From positions 7,536 to 71,535 of the forward strand of contig DAOTYH010000080.1 of assembly GCA_034435015.1 (NCBI GenBank): DNA of 64,000 bases, given 5' to 3'. The position numbers and the translations under genes were made by a program. Below are positions 56,438 through 64,000 of the stretch, in pieces. Each line of letters begins with the position of its first letter. Position 1 is the stretch's first letter. The stretch comes from Anaerolineae bacterium (GTDB lineage: Bacteria; Chloroflexota; Anaerolineae; Aggregatilineales; UBA3940). The notes beneath the pieces are model-generated. The model was not told the DNA's origin. It was given only the letters and a program-made list of their open reading frames with translations, and did no database searches.

Positions 56438-57525
56438 GAAGACCAATACGAGTGATGCTCCTCAGCCCCTACCCGTTGGGAACAGGCAGTAGCCTGCGTT
56501 ACCGATGGGAACAATACATCCCTGCCTTCAAGGCGGCTGATATCGAGTTGGATGTCAGGGGCTTCCAGTCTGTGGCGCTGTTTCGCAGTAGTCAGTATGG
56601 CACGGCCAAAAGATCACGGGCTGTTGAGCTGTTGCGTGGGTATCTAAGGCGCTGGCAGGATGTCCATGAGGCGTTGTCTTACGACCTTGTGATTGTCCAG
56701 CGTGAAGCTACACCTTTCGGCCCTCCTGTCTTTGAGCGCTGGCTTGCCAGACGAGGCGCCCCGCTGGTCTATGACTTCGATGATGCCCTCTACGTCCCGG
56801 CTGGCCGATGGATCAGGCGGCTGGCAGGCTGGTCACAGAAAACAGGTGAGATCATCTCGCTAAGCCTCCTGACCATTGCGGGCAACCACCTTCTTGCCCA
56901 GTATGCCCGCCAACACAGCCGGCATGTTGTCGTAGTGCCGACAGTTCCCAACCCGGATGTCTATACAGTTCCAGAAAAATCGCGGCGGGAAGTTACCGTG
57001 GTCGGCTGGAGCGGTTCACGTCTTAACACAGATGCGCTTGACCTGATTGCCAATCCTCTTCGACAGCTTCAGGCTAAGTATGACATGGAGCTGTGGGTAG
57101 CTGGCGATTCTGGGATCAAGATAGAGGGACTACGGGCTACCGGCGTGGACTGGCCCTTCCCGCTGGATGATCACCAGGTCTGGGAAGCCCTCAAGCCAAT
57201 GGATATAGGTCTGATGCCGCTGGCTGACACCCTTTGGAATCGGGGTAAATGCGGGTTCAAAGCTCTGCTCTATATGAGTATGGGCATTCCTCCAGTCGTT
57301 TCGCCAGTGGGTATCAATGCCGAGATCATTGAAGACGGCTCTAACGGGTTTTTGGCCCGCGATGAAGCAGAATGGTACTCAAAACTAGAGGCACTTGTGA
57401 TCAGCCCATCCCTGCGCAGTGAGGTAGGGCGGCGTGCCAGACAGACTGTTGAGCAGAGATGGTCGGCTTTACTCGAAGCCCCCCGCCTGATCCAGCTTAT
57501 CAGGGAGACAGCACATGTTTCCTGA
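56434..57525 (+). CDS. Glycosyltransferase family 4
   Basis: YDFDDA, GWSGS, DIGLMPL, KCGFKALLYMSMGIPPVVSPVG. Confidence 0.9.
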   Translation: MRRPIRVMLLSPYPLGTGSSLRYRWEQYIPAFKAADIELDVRGFQSVALFRSSQYGTAKRSRAVELLRGYLRRWQDVHEALSYDLVIVQREATPFGPPVFERWLARRGAPLVYDFDDALYVPAGRWIRRLAGWSQKTGEIISLSLLTIAGNHLLAQYARQHSRHVVVVPTVPNPDVYTVPEKSRREVTVVGWSGSRLNTDALDLIANPLRQLQAKYDMELWVAGDSGIKIEGLRATGVDWPFPLDDHQVWEALKPMDIGLMPLADTLWNRGKCGFKALLYMSMGIPPVVSPVGINAEIIEDGSNGFLARDEAEWYSKLEALVISPSLRSEVGRRARQTVEQRWSALLEAPRLIQLIRETAHVS

Positions 57526-58702
57526 GCGGAAGCCGATTCGGTTGGTACATGTCATGACCGTTCCCCTTTCGCTCGGTTTCTTTCGAGGGCAGGTCAGTTA
57601 TATGAAGGAGCGGGGCTTCGAGGTGCACATGATCTGCTCGCCGGGGGAGGCCCTTCAACGCTTCGGCGAGCAGGAGCAGGTGGCCGTCCATGCCGTCCCT
57701 ATGAGCCGCCGTATTGCTCCCTTTAAGGACCTAGCGGCATTGGTCAGGCTCTGCCGCCGGCTCTCTCAGCTCTGCCCCCAGATTGTCCATGCTCATACCC
57801 CCAAAGGGGGTCTGCTTGGCATACTTGCCGCCCGCCTCACTGGTGTGCCGATACGGATATATCATATACGCGGACTGCCGTTTATGACGGCAAAGGGGTT
57901 CAGGCGGCTGATCCTTCGTCTCAGTGAGCGGACAGCCTGTCTGCTGGCCAGCCGGGTTTTATGCGTCAGTCATTCCATTCGTGAGATCGCTGTTGCCGAG
58001 AGGTTGTGTCCGCCTGAGAAGATCAAGGTACTTCTTCATGGGAGCGGCAATGGCGTGGATGCTGTCTCCCGCTTCAACCCGTCTTACGCCGATGAGGAAC
58101 TGCGTCGGCAGGTGCGCGCTCAAGCCGGTATACCGGCTGATGCGCTGGTGATCGGCTTCGTGGGGCGTATTGTGCGCGATAAGGGAATTGCGGAACTGGC
58201 GGAGGCATGGCTGAGACTGCGCGACGAATTCAACGTGCTCCATCTGTTGCTTGTGGGGCCGTTCGAGCCGCAAGACCCTCTTCCTGAAGAGGTGGTTCTC
58301 CTGTTGCGAAGCGACCCCCGTATTCGGCTGGTTGATTTGGTTGATGACATCTTTCCCTTCTATGCGGCGATGGATATTGTCACCCTGCCATCCTACCGGG
58401 AGGGCTTCCCAAACGTTCCTCTTGAGGCCGCCGCCATGCAGATTCCGGTGGTTGCAACCCGCATCCCTGGATGTGTGGATGCAGTACAGGATGGCTTAAC
58501 CGGTATGCTGATCCCCCCGCAGGACGCCGAAGCACTGGCGACAGCCCTGCGGATGTACCTGAATGATCCGGGGCTAAGGCAGAGGCACGGCAGAGCCGCC
58601 CGTGAATATGTGCTGGCCAATTTTCGGCCAGAGGACATCTGGGAGGCTCTGTACCGCGAATACAAAGACCTGTTGTCCCTCTCTTGTTGCAGGACCCTGT
58701 AG
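57515..58702 (+). CDS. Glycosyltransferase family 4 (PglA-like)
   Basis: VHAHTPKGG, GSGNGVD, GRIVRDKG, PSYREGFPNVPLEAAAM. Confidence 0.9.
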   Translation: MFPERKPIRLVHVMTVPLSLGFFRGQVSYMKERGFEVHMICSPGEALQRFGEQEQVAVHAVPMSRRIAPFKDLAALVRLCRRLSQLCPQIVHAHTPKGGLLGILAARLTGVPIRIYHIRGLPFMTAKGFRRLILRLSERTACLLASRVLCVSHSIREIAVAERLCPPEKIKVLLHGSGNGVDAVSRFNPSYADEELRRQVRAQAGIPADALVIGFVGRIVRDKGIAELAEAWLRLRDEFNVLHLLLVGPFEPQDPLPEEVVLLLRSDPRIRLVDLVDDIFPFYAAMDIVTLPSYREGFPNVPLEAAAMQIPVVATRIPGCVDAVQDGLTGMLIPPQDAEALATALRMYLNDPGLRQRHGRAAREYVLANFRPEDIWEALYREYKDLLSLSCCRTL

Positions 58703-58760
58703 CGCTCATTATAGTCAGTCGCAGGGGACATATCCGGCAGAGAGCTTACGGGGAGGAAGG

Positions 58761-59555
58761 GTGTTACAACGCATCAGGCAGTGGTTGGCTAATCGGCAAC
58801 GGCGGCATGTTGTTATCCTTGCCCTTGGGGTTGTTGCCTTAGCAATGGTGCTTTATACGGGCTATCGGATCAGCCGCACCCGATTCGACCTTCGCGATCC
58901 GCGCAACCGGGCATTTCTTCAGTGGTTCGGAGGTGATGAGCAACAGCGCCGCTCATTGATAACGGTTGTCCAGCGCGAGCCGTGCCCCGGCGCTCCATTC
59001 ATCCTTCCTGCCGAGGGCTACATTGGACTGCTGTATGGCGACCCCCGCCCGCCTTATTCGGCCAGCCATCGCCATCAGGGTATTGACATCTTCAGCCCCG
59101 GTGAGCCGGGGGTAACACCTGTCTATGCCGCCTACGATGGTTACCTGACCCGCGAGTCAAACTGGCGCAGTTCACTGATCATTCGTGTCCCTGACGATCC
59201 GCTTCATCCGGGGCGGCAAATCTGGCTGTACTATACCCATATGGCCAATGCTGAGGGGACGGAGGATACCATCGAGGATGCTTTTCCCCCCGGAACGCAT
59301 GAGCTCTTTGTCCAGCAGGGTACGTTGCTGGGCTATACTGGGAATTACAGCGGCAGTCCCCTTCGGACGGTGGCGGTCCACCTGCATTTCTCAATTGTGC
59401 TTGATGACGGCACCGGAAAGTATCGTAACGAGCTGGAGTTTGCCAACACAATTGATCCGTCGCCCTATCTAGGTATGGCGGTCAACTATGCTTGTGCGCC
59501 GGTTGTGCCGGTTTGTACTGATTTACCAACCTGTCCCGACAGCGTAGGCAGGTAG
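58761..59555 (+). CDS. Membrane-anchored M23 family metallopeptidase
   Basis: HQGIDIF (HxxxD) and HLHF (HxH); N-terminal TM. GTG at 58761 follows GGAGG. Confidence 0.85.
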   Translation: MLQRIRQWLANRQRRHVVILALGVVALAMVLYTGYRISRTRFDLRDPRNRAFLQWFGGDEQQRRSLITVVQREPCPGAPFILPAEGYIGLLYGDPRPPYSASHRHQGIDIFSPGEPGVTPVYAAYDGYLTRESNWRSSLIIRVPDDPLHPGRQIWLYYTHMANAEGTEDTIEDAFPPGTHELFVQQGTLLGYTGNYSGSPLRTVAVHLHFSIVLDDGTGKYRNELEFANTIDPSPYLGMAVNYACAPVVPVCTDLPTCPDSVGR

Positions 59556-59574
59556 GGTCGCTTCACAACAAGGC

Positions 59575-60045
59575 TCATCGCCGAAGCGTGGCAATGAGCC
59601 GCTTGGGTATCAATAACAGGTCGAGGGCATCGGCGATTGAGGCAACGACAACATCGGCGGCCTGAAGGGCCTCTACGCTCAGGCCTTCTGGCCCAAGCAC
59701 GGCGATTCCAATAGCGGCGGCATTTAGCATCTCTGTGTCGTTTGCGCCATTCCCTACAGCAACGGTATGCTCCGGCCTTAGCCGGCTGATCAGAGCGGCC
59801 TTCTGCTCCCTTTCCTGCCCCACCTTGATACGCACTGCTGATATTCCCAGTTCAGCTTCGATGCCGCTCAGAGTGCCGTGTGTATCAGCAGTCACCAGAT
59901 GAATCTCAATCTGCCCGTGTAGCTTTTCCAGCCGCTCTGCAACCCCCTCCAGTAACATCCCGTCGGCGGCAAGTGTTCCGTTGACATCGAGGACAAGATG
60001 CTTGAGAGCAAAGTAGCCCCGCCCAGGAATCTCTAGGTCAATCAT
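59575..60045 (-). CDS. Stand-alone HAD hydrolase (soluble P-type ATPase-like)
   Basis: LDVNGTL, TADTHG, K, AVGNGAND..ML. Confidence 0.85.
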   Translation of the reverse strand: MIDLEIPGRGYFALKHLVLDVNGTLAADGMLLEGVAERLEKLHGQIEIHLVTADTHGTLSGIEAELGISAVRIKVGQEREQKAALISRLRPEHTVAVGNGANDTEMLNAAAIGIAVLGPEGLSVEALQAADVVVASIADALDLLLIPKRLIATLRR

Positions 60046-60724
60046 CTGTCAGCCATCCCTTTTCCCGCAGAAGGCGGGGCAGACTGGAGAGGTCGGCGGG
60101 CGGCTTGACAACCCTTGCGCCCCAAGGGGCTTCAGCACCGATATATACACAGCAGGAGGGATCGCTCCCTGTCATCCCAGCTATGTAGTCCCAGCTGATC
60201 CCTTCCAAACCGAACTGACCTATTTCGTCAGGGCCGAATGCCCGGCAGACCGGTTCGCCAAGTTGGTCTTGATCTAACAGGCCGCGTATAAGGGCGGCGG
60301 GCTGGTAGGCGGCAAGGATACTCAGCCCAAACCCCTGACGGGCCAGTTCCTTCAAGGCTTCCACTGAACGGGGCTTCCAACCTTCACAGCGTTGCCCTAT
60401 CTCATAGGGGATTTCATCCAGATAGAGAGGAATGGCATCCAGCGGCGGCTCCGGCATATGCATGAGCCGGAAGAGGGCGCGGATGATCCGCCAGCGCCCC
60501 TCGCGCCACTGAGCCAGTGAATCCTGTCCATCGAGACTGAGATCAGCCCAGTAACTGTCCCAGTCAGCCACGATCTTCAGATAGGCATCCTGCCATGCGC
60601 CGGCGTCTTGACCATGATGAGCGGCCATCACACTTGCCAAGGCGGCGGGCATTGTTTCGCCCAGAGCATGGTGATCGAGCAATATCTCTAAGTGAAAGAC
60701 AAGCATCAACATGATCAACTTCAC
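60038..60724 (-). CDS. Hypothetical protein, probably a degenerate HAD-fold
   Basis: Coupled to both neighbours; HAD-like layout but with LVFHLEILLD and CVYIGAE in place of the Asp motifs. Confidence 0.55.
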   Translation of the reverse strand: MKLIMLMLVFHLEILLDHHALGETMPAALASVMAAHHGQDAGAWQDAYLKIVADWDSYWADLSLDGQDSLAQWREGRWRIIRALFRLMHMPEPPLDAIPLYLDEIPYEIGQRCEGWKPRSVEALKELARQGFGLSILAAYQPAALIRGLLDQDQLGEPVCRAFGPDEIGQFGLEGISWDYIAGMTGSDPSCCVYIGAEAPWGARVVKPPADLSSLPRLLREKGWLTDD

Positions 60725-61837
60725 TCAAGCAGAAGTCCCGATAACCAGCAGGTTTCGTTCAAAAGAGGTGAGGCTTTCTGAGCCGTCTGGTGTGATTACC
60801 ATGTCATCCTCGATCCGGATGCCAAACTCACCAGAGAGGTAGATGCCCGGCTCGACGGTAAAAGTCATTCCTGCCTCCAGCAGTTCTGTGTTGCCTTCAA
60901 CCATGTAGGGGCCTTCATGTCCCTCCAAACCAATGCCGTGTCCAGTGCGGTGGATGAAGTGCCGGCCCCAGCCTGCCGCTTCGATCACCTGACGGGCGGC
61001 ACGATCTACCTCCTGGCAGGGTACACCCGGCGCGGCGACGGCCCGTCCGGCGGCGTTAGCCTCCTTGACAACTTCGTAGATTTCGCGAAGCCTGCTGTCA
61101 GGTTGCCGGCCTACCACGAATGTACGGGTGATGTCTGAGAGGTAGCCCCCTACACTTGTCCCGAAGTCGAGCAGAAGTACTTCACCCGCCTGTACTTCCC
61201 GATTACCGGGGACTCCATGCGGCATAGCGGCGTTTGGCCCCGAAAGCACAATCGGTTCTATGGGGATAGCCTCACCGCCTGCTTCCAGCAAAGCAACACT
61301 CAGCCGGCTCGCGATCTGACGCTCGGTCATGCCGGGCCGTACCTGCTCGATCAAGTGTTGGAGGGCCTGCTCAGTGACCCGGACTGCCTCCTGCATCAGG
61401 GCGATCTCAGAAGGGTCTTTTCTCAGCCGGAGGACATCCATCACTGGCCTGGCATCGGAGAGGGTAGCGTTAGGCAGATGACGCTGAACCAGTTTTAGCT
61501 CCATGACACGCATCCGCAGATACTCTACAGACAGGCTCTGGACTTCCGGCAACGCCATGGTGGCCTGTTCGAAAGCGCTGGCTGGGCCTTCTGTATCGGT
61601 GTAAGGAAATAGATGGATGGGGTAGAGGTCGTCCCGCTCAAACTTAGGGCGTTCCAGTTCGGGGATGGCAAACACCGGCTGGCCTTCTGCAGGGAAGAAC
61701 CCCATCAGAGGGCGCTCCATCAGGTGAAAGTCCAGCCCGGTCATATAGCGCAAGTTAGCACCAGGGATCAGGGCCAGACAGTCAAGCCCGCGATCCTGTA
61801 GTTCCTTTTGTAAGCGCGTGAGCCGCTCCTGTAGCAT
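60725..61837 (-). CDS. Xaa-Pro aminopeptidase/dipeptidase (M24)
   Basis: Creatinase N-domain; LDFG..YLSDITRT, HRTGHGIGLEGHE, TVEPGIY, IRIEDD. Confidence 0.93.
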   Translation of the reverse strand: MLQERLTRLQKELQDRGLDCLALIPGANLRYMTGLDFHLMERPLMGFFPAEGQPVFAIPELERPKFERDDLYPIHLFPYTDTEGPASAFEQATMALPEVQSLSVEYLRMRVMELKLVQRHLPNATLSDARPVMDVLRLRKDPSEIALMQEAVRVTEQALQHLIEQVRPGMTERQIASRLSVALLEAGGEAIPIEPIVLSGPNAAMPHGVPGNREVQAGEVLLLDFGTSVGGYLSDITRTFVVGRQPDSRLREIYEVVKEANAAGRAVAAPGVPCQEVDRAARQVIEAAGWGRHFIHRTGHGIGLEGHEGPYMVEGNTELLEAGMTFTVEPGIYLSGEFGIRIEDDMVITPDGSESLTSFERNLLVIGTSA

Positions 61838-61859
61838 GGTGATCGTTCCTTCCGATGAG

Positions 61860-62579
61860 TCAATACTTGATGCCGATCAGTTCAACTGCATCAATCTGAT
61901 TCCAACCGCCTGCGCTGGTTGACTGATCGAGATAGATGGTCACTACCGAACTCTGATAATCAGCGTTCGGTATAGCAATGACTAGAATGAAAGGGCATTC
62001 TGCCCGCGGCTGAGGGACAGCCTCGTAGACGACATGCTCTTCGTTGTAAATATCTGTCAGGCTGACCCGCACAATGAAGCCGGGGTTGAACGTTTCATGA
62101 ATCAAGATGCCGGTTGGTGTAACCAGTTGGGCATAGTACAGCCTTAGGGTGCCCTGTCCGTTAGGTAACGCTGTAGCCCACGCGGTTCTGAAGTTGCCGC
62201 ATCCGCTTGTGTTAGGGGGGCCTGCGGCCTGAACAGCCGACCAGTCCAGCTCGCCCAACTGAGAGTCAGCTATTGCTGAGGCCGCAAACTGTCGGACAGA
62301 TTGCTGGCCGGCCAGCGAGAGGGTAGGCGCCGCTTCAGTCAGGGCGGCATTGGCCGGCGTTTCAGTCAGATAGGCCTCAATGGTAGGCACGTACACGTTA
62401 TACTGGGTGACGGCGGCATTGATCGTTGCCTGAACTACCTCAGGGTTGACCGCCGGGTTCCCGCCCAGCGAAAGTCCTACGACCACAAGGACAACACCAC
62501 CTATCAGCAGGATGCCCCACCAGATACGCGGGTCTAACCTGCCGATCTTACGAACAGTGCGCCTGAACCATGTCAGCAC
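61860..62579 (-). CDS. Membrane-anchored protein with a C-terminal galactose-binding-like/discoidin-like beta-sandwich
   Basis: N-terminal TM, T/A/P linker, then QAAGPPNTSGCGNFRTAWA...ETFNPG...NQIDAVELIG. GTG at 62579 follows GGAGG; promoter TTGGCA-17-TATACT at 62634-62606. Confidence 0.6.
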   Translation of the reverse strand: MLTWFRRTVRKIGRLDPRIWWGILLIGGVVLVVVGLSLGGNPAVNPEVVQATINAAVTQYNVYVPTIEAYLTETPANAALTEAAPTLSLAGQQSVRQFAASAIADSQLGELDWSAVQAAGPPNTSGCGNFRTAWATALPNGQGTLRLYYAQLVTPTGILIHETFNPGFIVRVSLTDIYNEEHVVYEAVPQPRAECPFILVIAIPNADYQSSVVTIYLDQSTSAGGWNQIDAVELIGIKY

Positions 62580-62713
62580 GAAGCCAGCCTCCTGCCTTTC
62601 CAAGCAGTATAGCCATGTATGTCTAACCTGCCAAGCTGGTATTCCTGCCTTGTGACAGTCTGGGAGGTACTGTAAAATGAGAACAAGTGACCATTATCCA
62701 AAAGGGACTGAAC

Positions 62714-63148
62714 ATGAAACCCCGTCTGCCCGAAGGGCCGCCGCCGCTTCATGAGCGTGTGGAGCTGTCCGAGCAACAGATACAAAAGCTGGCAGAAGAG
62801 CTGGCCGCCCTGAGTGCCAGTCTAGACTCATTGCCGGTTGTGTTGTCGCAGGATGGTGAAGTAGTCGGCTTTGCTGGTACACAGGATGTTGAGATTGCTG
62901 ACCGGATCGCCAAGATGGCTGATCGCATCTGGCGGGAAGGTGCTACCCGCATTGCACGTGAGTTAATTCGCTTTGAGGAAGAGACCGTCAGCGACATGTC
63001 CGAACGGTCTAACTTCCTGCTCTATTCAGCCCATCTTTCTGGCGCGTTGGTGCTGACCATCGGCTGGCAGATGTCTGTATCTCTGACGCAGGTCCGTGCT
63101 GAGGTAGCGGATGCCATAAGCAGTCTCAAACGGATATTAGCTGGATAG
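62714..63148 (+). CDS. Hypothetical protein, possible Roadblock/LC7 (MglB-like) fold
   Basis: Helix-strand-strand-helix-strands-helix pattern ending in LTQVRAEVADAISSLKRIL; promoter TTGTGA-17-TAAAAT at 62650-62678. Confidence 0.5.
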   Translation: MKPRLPEGPPPLHERVELSEQQIQKLAEELAALSASLDSLPVVLSQDGEVVGFAGTQDVEIADRIAKMADRIWREGATRIARELIRFEEETVSDMSERSNFLLYSAHLSGALVLTIGWQMSVSLTQVRAEVADAISSLKRILAG

Positions 63149-63176
63149 CTATTGTGTTGAAGGGTAAAGGAAAGCA

Positions 63177-64000
63177 TTGGTAGACCCCGATAATTCTCCC
63201 TCTCTGCCGCCCCATCTTTATACGGAGGAGTACTTCCTCACCGCCTGTGAGGGATACGAGGAGTGGGTAACCAGCGAAGGAGAAAATCTCTCCCGCAGGC
63301 TGGCCTCTGCCTTTGCTGTGGCGGCGGTTGAAGCTGGAATGATGGTGCTGGACATCGGTTGCGGGCGGGGCGAGATTGTGCGCCATTGTGCCGGCTTAGG
63401 GGCAGATGTGTTTGGTATAGATTATGCGCCTGCCGCAGTCCGCATGACCCGTGACCTGATCAGAGCACAACAGGCGGGGAAAGACCGCCTGCCGGGCAGA
63501 ATGGAGGTCGCCTGTGCTGACGCTAAGAACCTGCCCTTCCCCAGCCAGACGTTTGACCGTGTTCTTATGTTCGATGTAGTTGAACATCTCTACCCGTGGG
63601 AATTACACCAGGCTCTTCTGGAAGTGCACCGGGTTCTGAAGCCGGATGGACGGTTAATCGTCCACACTGCGCCAAACCGATGGTATCTTGAATATGCCTA
63701 TCCAGTGGTGCGGCTGGTACGGATGCTGATGGGACAGGGCAAAGACTATCCGCGAAACCCCCGCCAGTTCGGAGTGGCTGTTAACGAGCATGTCCACGTC
63801 AATGAACAGAGTCTGTTCAGCCTGCGCCGAGTGCTGGCTGAGGCCGGCTTTACGAGTCGGGTGTGGCTTGACTCGCCCCCCCAGAACCGTCGTGAAGGGC
63901 CGATCCTCTCTGCGTTGCGCCATCTAGCCTTTAACTGGTTGCCATTCAACTGGTTCTTTGAGCGTGAAGTGTTTGCTGTCGCGACAAAAACGGGGAAGAC
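63177..64000 (+). CDS. Class I SAM-dependent methyltransferase (runs off the window end)
   Basis: Manual translation from TTG 63177 (not in the ORF track): VLDIGCGRGE, GIDYA, ADAKNLPF, FDVVEHL, RVLKPDG. No stop codon before 64000. Confidence 0.9.
   Translation, partial: MVDPDNSPSLPPHLYTEEYFLTACEGYEEWVTSEGENLSRRLASAFAVAAVEAGMMVLDIGCGRGEIVRHCAGLGADVFGIDYAPAAVRMTRDLIRAQQAGKDRLPGRMEVACADAKNLPFPSQTFDRVLMFDVVEHLYPWELHQALLEVHRVLKPDGRLIVHTAPNRWYLEYAYPVVRLVRMLMGQGKDYPRNPRQFGVAVNEHVHVNEQSLFSLRRVLAEAGFTSRVWLDSPPQNRREGPILSALRHLAFNWLPFNWFFEREVFAVATKTGK

Noticed and set aside
1-64000. CRISPR array, cas genes, transposases, rRNA, recognisable anti-phage defence genes
   Set aside because: No regularly spaced direct repeats or matching protein motifs were seen on either strand.

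Overview
A 64-kb stretch of gene-dense, moderately GC-rich bacterial chromosome. It is most likely from a Chloroflexota (Anaerolineae-like) organism. This is an inference from a Gram-positive-type T-box, a GAAC-N4-GTTC SOS box, a Wzc locus with no Wza, and the overall gene content. Main blocks: mutY (partial); a divergent 4x Cys/His-repeat protein; a membrane spermidine-synthase-like gene; minCDE; a divergent pair of a small HTH gene and an SOS-boxed radical SAM/HhH gene; envelope genes; tRNA-Gly(CCC); housekeeping metabolism (surE, deoC, ltaE, gmk, aminotransferase, nucleotidyltransferase, hydantoinase B, MtaD-like deaminase); a complete hdrCBA-mvhDGA heterodisulfide reductase/group 3c [NiFe]-hydrogenase operon with its protease and a cNMP-domain gene; a Yip1/MacB-type ABC module; pheST under a Phe T-box; a divergent bacillosamine-primed Wzx/Wzy polysaccharide locus with an unusually extended Wzc; and an M23 peptidase, HAD proteins, an M24 peptidase and a methyltransferase (partial). 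I found no CRISPR array, integrase, transposase or rRNA. Notable oddities: the 24-Cys repeat protein, a 102-aa charged tail after the MinD membrane helix, a Wzc with four extra C-terminal hydrophobic segments, several enzyme homologues with substituted catalytic residues, leaderless-geometry promoters on two DNA-repair genes, and a possible dispersed REP-like palindrome. All family assignments come from motif recognition by eye, not from database searches.
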